DNA of 64,000 nt from contig OZ024740.1 in the NCBI GenBank assembly GCA_964016885.1, forward strand, positions 165,726,001-165,790,000, written 5' to 3'. Shown here piece by piece: positions 61,163 through 64,000 of this stretch (the first letter of the stretch is position 1; each line of letters starts with the position of its first letter). Source of the stretch: Eledone cirrhosa (Eukaryota). The position numbers and the translations under genes are program-made. The notes beneath the pieces were generated by a model that had not been told where the DNA came from, made no database searches, and saw nothing but the letters and a program-made list of their open reading frames with translations.

Positions 61163-64000
61163 TTATCTCTTTCTCTTAATTTCGAGTATATTTCTTTGAC
61201 CGGCCACCTTCCTGGTAGCAAAGTTGTAAAAGAAAGAAATCGTCATCCCTTGAATCGCAAGAATGTTTTTCAAATGTTGAAGGTGCCAGCTATCGCAGCC
61301 ATTTGTAGACTATGAATTAGGGAGCTGCGCTTTTTGTCCGCAAATCCAATTTCAGTCATACTTTGCTCCAAGCGGGTTGGTATATAACCCGTGGCTCCAA
61401 TGGTGATGGGTATGAAACTAAATGTGTATCTTGGATACTGGATTTGTAAACTCCTCGTCAATGGTCCGTAGATGTCCCCCTTTTCCTGTATTTTTCTGAC
61501 AACGTTTACATCAAGTGGGCAGCTGATCTCCACAACAGAACACGTTTTCAATGTGTGGTTCCAAACAACAATATCAGGCCGGTTGTGCTTTAATTTGGTG
61601 GCAGTTTTTAGTTTCAGGTTCCACCAGTATTCCTTAGTGCCATCTGTCTCCATATATTCTTCCTCGTTTGTTGTTAATTTTGTTTTCCGAAGTGCGTTCC
61701 AGATGCTTCTAGCTATCCCATCGTGTCTCATGGGGAGGTAGTAGCGAGATGACATTCTTTCGCAGCTGGCAATAATGTGGCTTACATCCTCGATCTTTGT
61801 TTTTCATAGCCTACATTTATTGTCAGCTGCTGGCCCTCCCCTTTTGTGCAGCAGATATTTGGTATGGAGTTATTGTTCCTGTATTGCATAGAGATATCCC
61901 TCAAGGTGTGATGTCATAAACTTGTCGGAACTCCATGCCAGGCTTTTTGAGTGGTTTATCCCCACTATGGTCTGTGTTTTACGTCTCAAGTATCCATGCA
62001 CAAACAACTTTTTCTGTAAATTGGTCAATTTTTTCATCTTGTTTGAACATTGAATAGGATCTTCCGATTTCTCTGGGTGAGAGATTTATATCAGGCTTTA
62101 TTCCATATCTCTCCTCCAGATCAGTCGCTATTCTAATGATATTTTTTTTTCATGCTCATAAACCTGGGCAAGATGGTTGCCAGCCTTTTTCCTCTGCTGA
62201 AGGTCTTGCTTCAGTGTGCTATCCGGGTCTCATATGTTTTTAATATGGATTTTAAACCCCGGCCACCTCTCCTTGCGTGATAAGTATAGCCTATCCACAT
62301 CAACATTGATGTTAAAGTTCCCAGTAACACTGAGAAGTTTGCGAGTTCTAACATCCATCTCACTTAGTTCTTGCAATGACCAATTCAGCAGCCCAAATGT
62401 TTGCGTTAGAGTTGGCACAGTATAAGTATTGTGGGCAATGTATTTGTTGTACGCTGACAGTTCTGATGACCAAATTTTCTTTACTCTTCTGAAGTATTCA
62501 GTTCTGGTTCTCTCCTTATTTATGGGTCCATCGTATCTGACATTCTCATCCTGTCCAAGATATCTGTAGATGTCACCTGACTGTAGAGGTTGTATTGTCA
62601 GGCCGTTCATTTCTAGATTTCTAGAGGAGGGCACAGCTCTTCCACGTTTTACTGCCAAATATGCACACTTGGACTCACCAAATTTCATTTTGATGTCTGT
62701 TGAAAATTGTGTAATGAGCTCCAATTGTTTCTTGATGTCAATGATATTTGGCCCATACAACTTCGGGTCATCAACAAAGAAAAGATGGCGAGATACTTCT
62801 GGACACACTTCTTTGTCCACCTTGTTTCCTGAGTAGGTAAGATAGTGGATTTTGTGAGAGAACGAAGAGTAGCACTGACAAGCTATCACCCTGAAAGATG
62901 CCCTTCTGGTAATGTATCTTATCAGTCTTAACTTGCTCCTTTTCATCTCTAAGGATCAAATTGGTGTACCAGTTCTTGGTCAGGGCGTTCAACAGCAGCT
63001 ACCAATGGTTGAGGGACTTTGGCTAAATGTAAAGCCTTAATAGTCCACCCATGAGGTACACTATCAAATGCTTTTTGATAGTCTAGCCACACCACAGTCA
63101 TGTTTCTGCGATTCTTTGTTGTTTTTTCCTGGATCCTTTTATTAGTTAGTAAATGATATATGCAACCCCACACTTCCCTCTTTCCACCAGCTTGCTCAGG
63201 TGTTATGATGTTGTTGGTAGCACAGTGATCCTGTAAGAAGCCGGTTAAGGCACCCAGTATATAATTTATACATGATGTTTTGGCAGGCTATTGGGCGGTA
63301 ATTTTTAGCAAGGGTGGTTTGACTATTTTGGGAATGAGGAGAGTAGTGGCAGTTGATAACCATCTGGGCAGTTCTTGTGTGCCTTTAATGGTTTCTGTAA
63401 ACAGCCGTATGAGATCTTGCCGATAGAAAGTGAAATTCTTCAACCAGTATTCTGTAATGAGGTCTGGGCCTGGTGATTTCCTATTCGACATTTTCTGTAG
63501 AGCTGTTTCCAGTATTGACCCATCTAAGTCATATTGTTTTGTCTGGACATGTTGGCAGCAGTCCTGTTCCAGTTCTTTTAGCCAATTAGTTTGTCTGTTG
63601 AATCCGTCATCCGTTTCCCATATATATCTCCAGTAACACTCAACCTGTTCTTTTGAAGGGGTGTCATTTACTGGGATTGAGATTTTGCCACCAAAGCTGC
63701 GATAAACTGATTTAGGATCTCTGGCAAACAATCTATTTAGCACTTGTCGTTTATGTGCTGTTGACTTATATTTTAGTCTTTCTGTTGTAGCTGTGAGTTG
63801 TTGTTTCAACTGGTGTAATTTGGAGTTCAAAGTTTTAAATTTTGTATCTCCAAATCGTCTCTCTTTTTAGGTCTTCTTGGTGTCGTGTGAAGTTCGTCTC
63901 TATGTTGCATTTCATAACGACTGCGATGTGTGAGATACTTCGTCTCAGGGACAAAATTTTGCTTTTTAAATTTCGTATCCACGCTGATTCAGGCTTTTTG
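61163..64000 (-). mobile_element. R4/Dong-like non-LTR retrotransposon (RT + CCHC + restriction-like endonuclease), decayed; continues beyond the window
   Basis: KSPGPD, WLDYQKAFDSVPH, GIFQGDSLS, HLFFVDD.KLY, YRYLG, RLYLSRKE, EDVSHIIASC, RHDGIA and NRPDIVV..VEISCP..K..Y motifs across frameshifted ORFs 63288-63830, 62949-63173, 62771-62992, 62230-62946 and 61270-61755. Confidence 0.88.

Overview
AT-rich eukaryotic (animal) genomic DNA with no recognisable host gene. The SINE families and giant (TA)n arrays look like those of an octopus or other coleoid cephalopod, which is an inference from repeat content. About 40% of the window is interrupted (TA)n microsatellite, which produces nearly all the long Y/I/H/C/M/V 'ORFs'; these are artefacts. 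The real content is mobile DNA: (1) a 5'-truncated Penelope-like element (RT + GIY-YIG) with inverted pseudo-LTRs (15163-17101); (2) a CR1/L2-group LINE (31471-33530, -) and a related LINE 3' end triplicated inside a ~2.6-kb tandem unit; (3) an R4/Dong-like RLE LINE (61163-64000, -); (4) a bipartite non-autonomous RTE-like element; (5) four non-autonomous Helitrons, two fused head-to-tail; (6) two Tc1/mariner MITEs; (7) tRNA-derived SINEs. The most notable signal is a set of type-I hammerhead ribozyme motifs from at least three unrelated element families. They sit in fold-back (inverted) insertions whose tails run into (TA)n. They include a 386-bp near-perfect palindrome carrying one intact and one inactivated ribozyme, a U4A core variant, and a compensatory U3-A8 core variant. 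All structures were folded by eye and none has been computed or tested.
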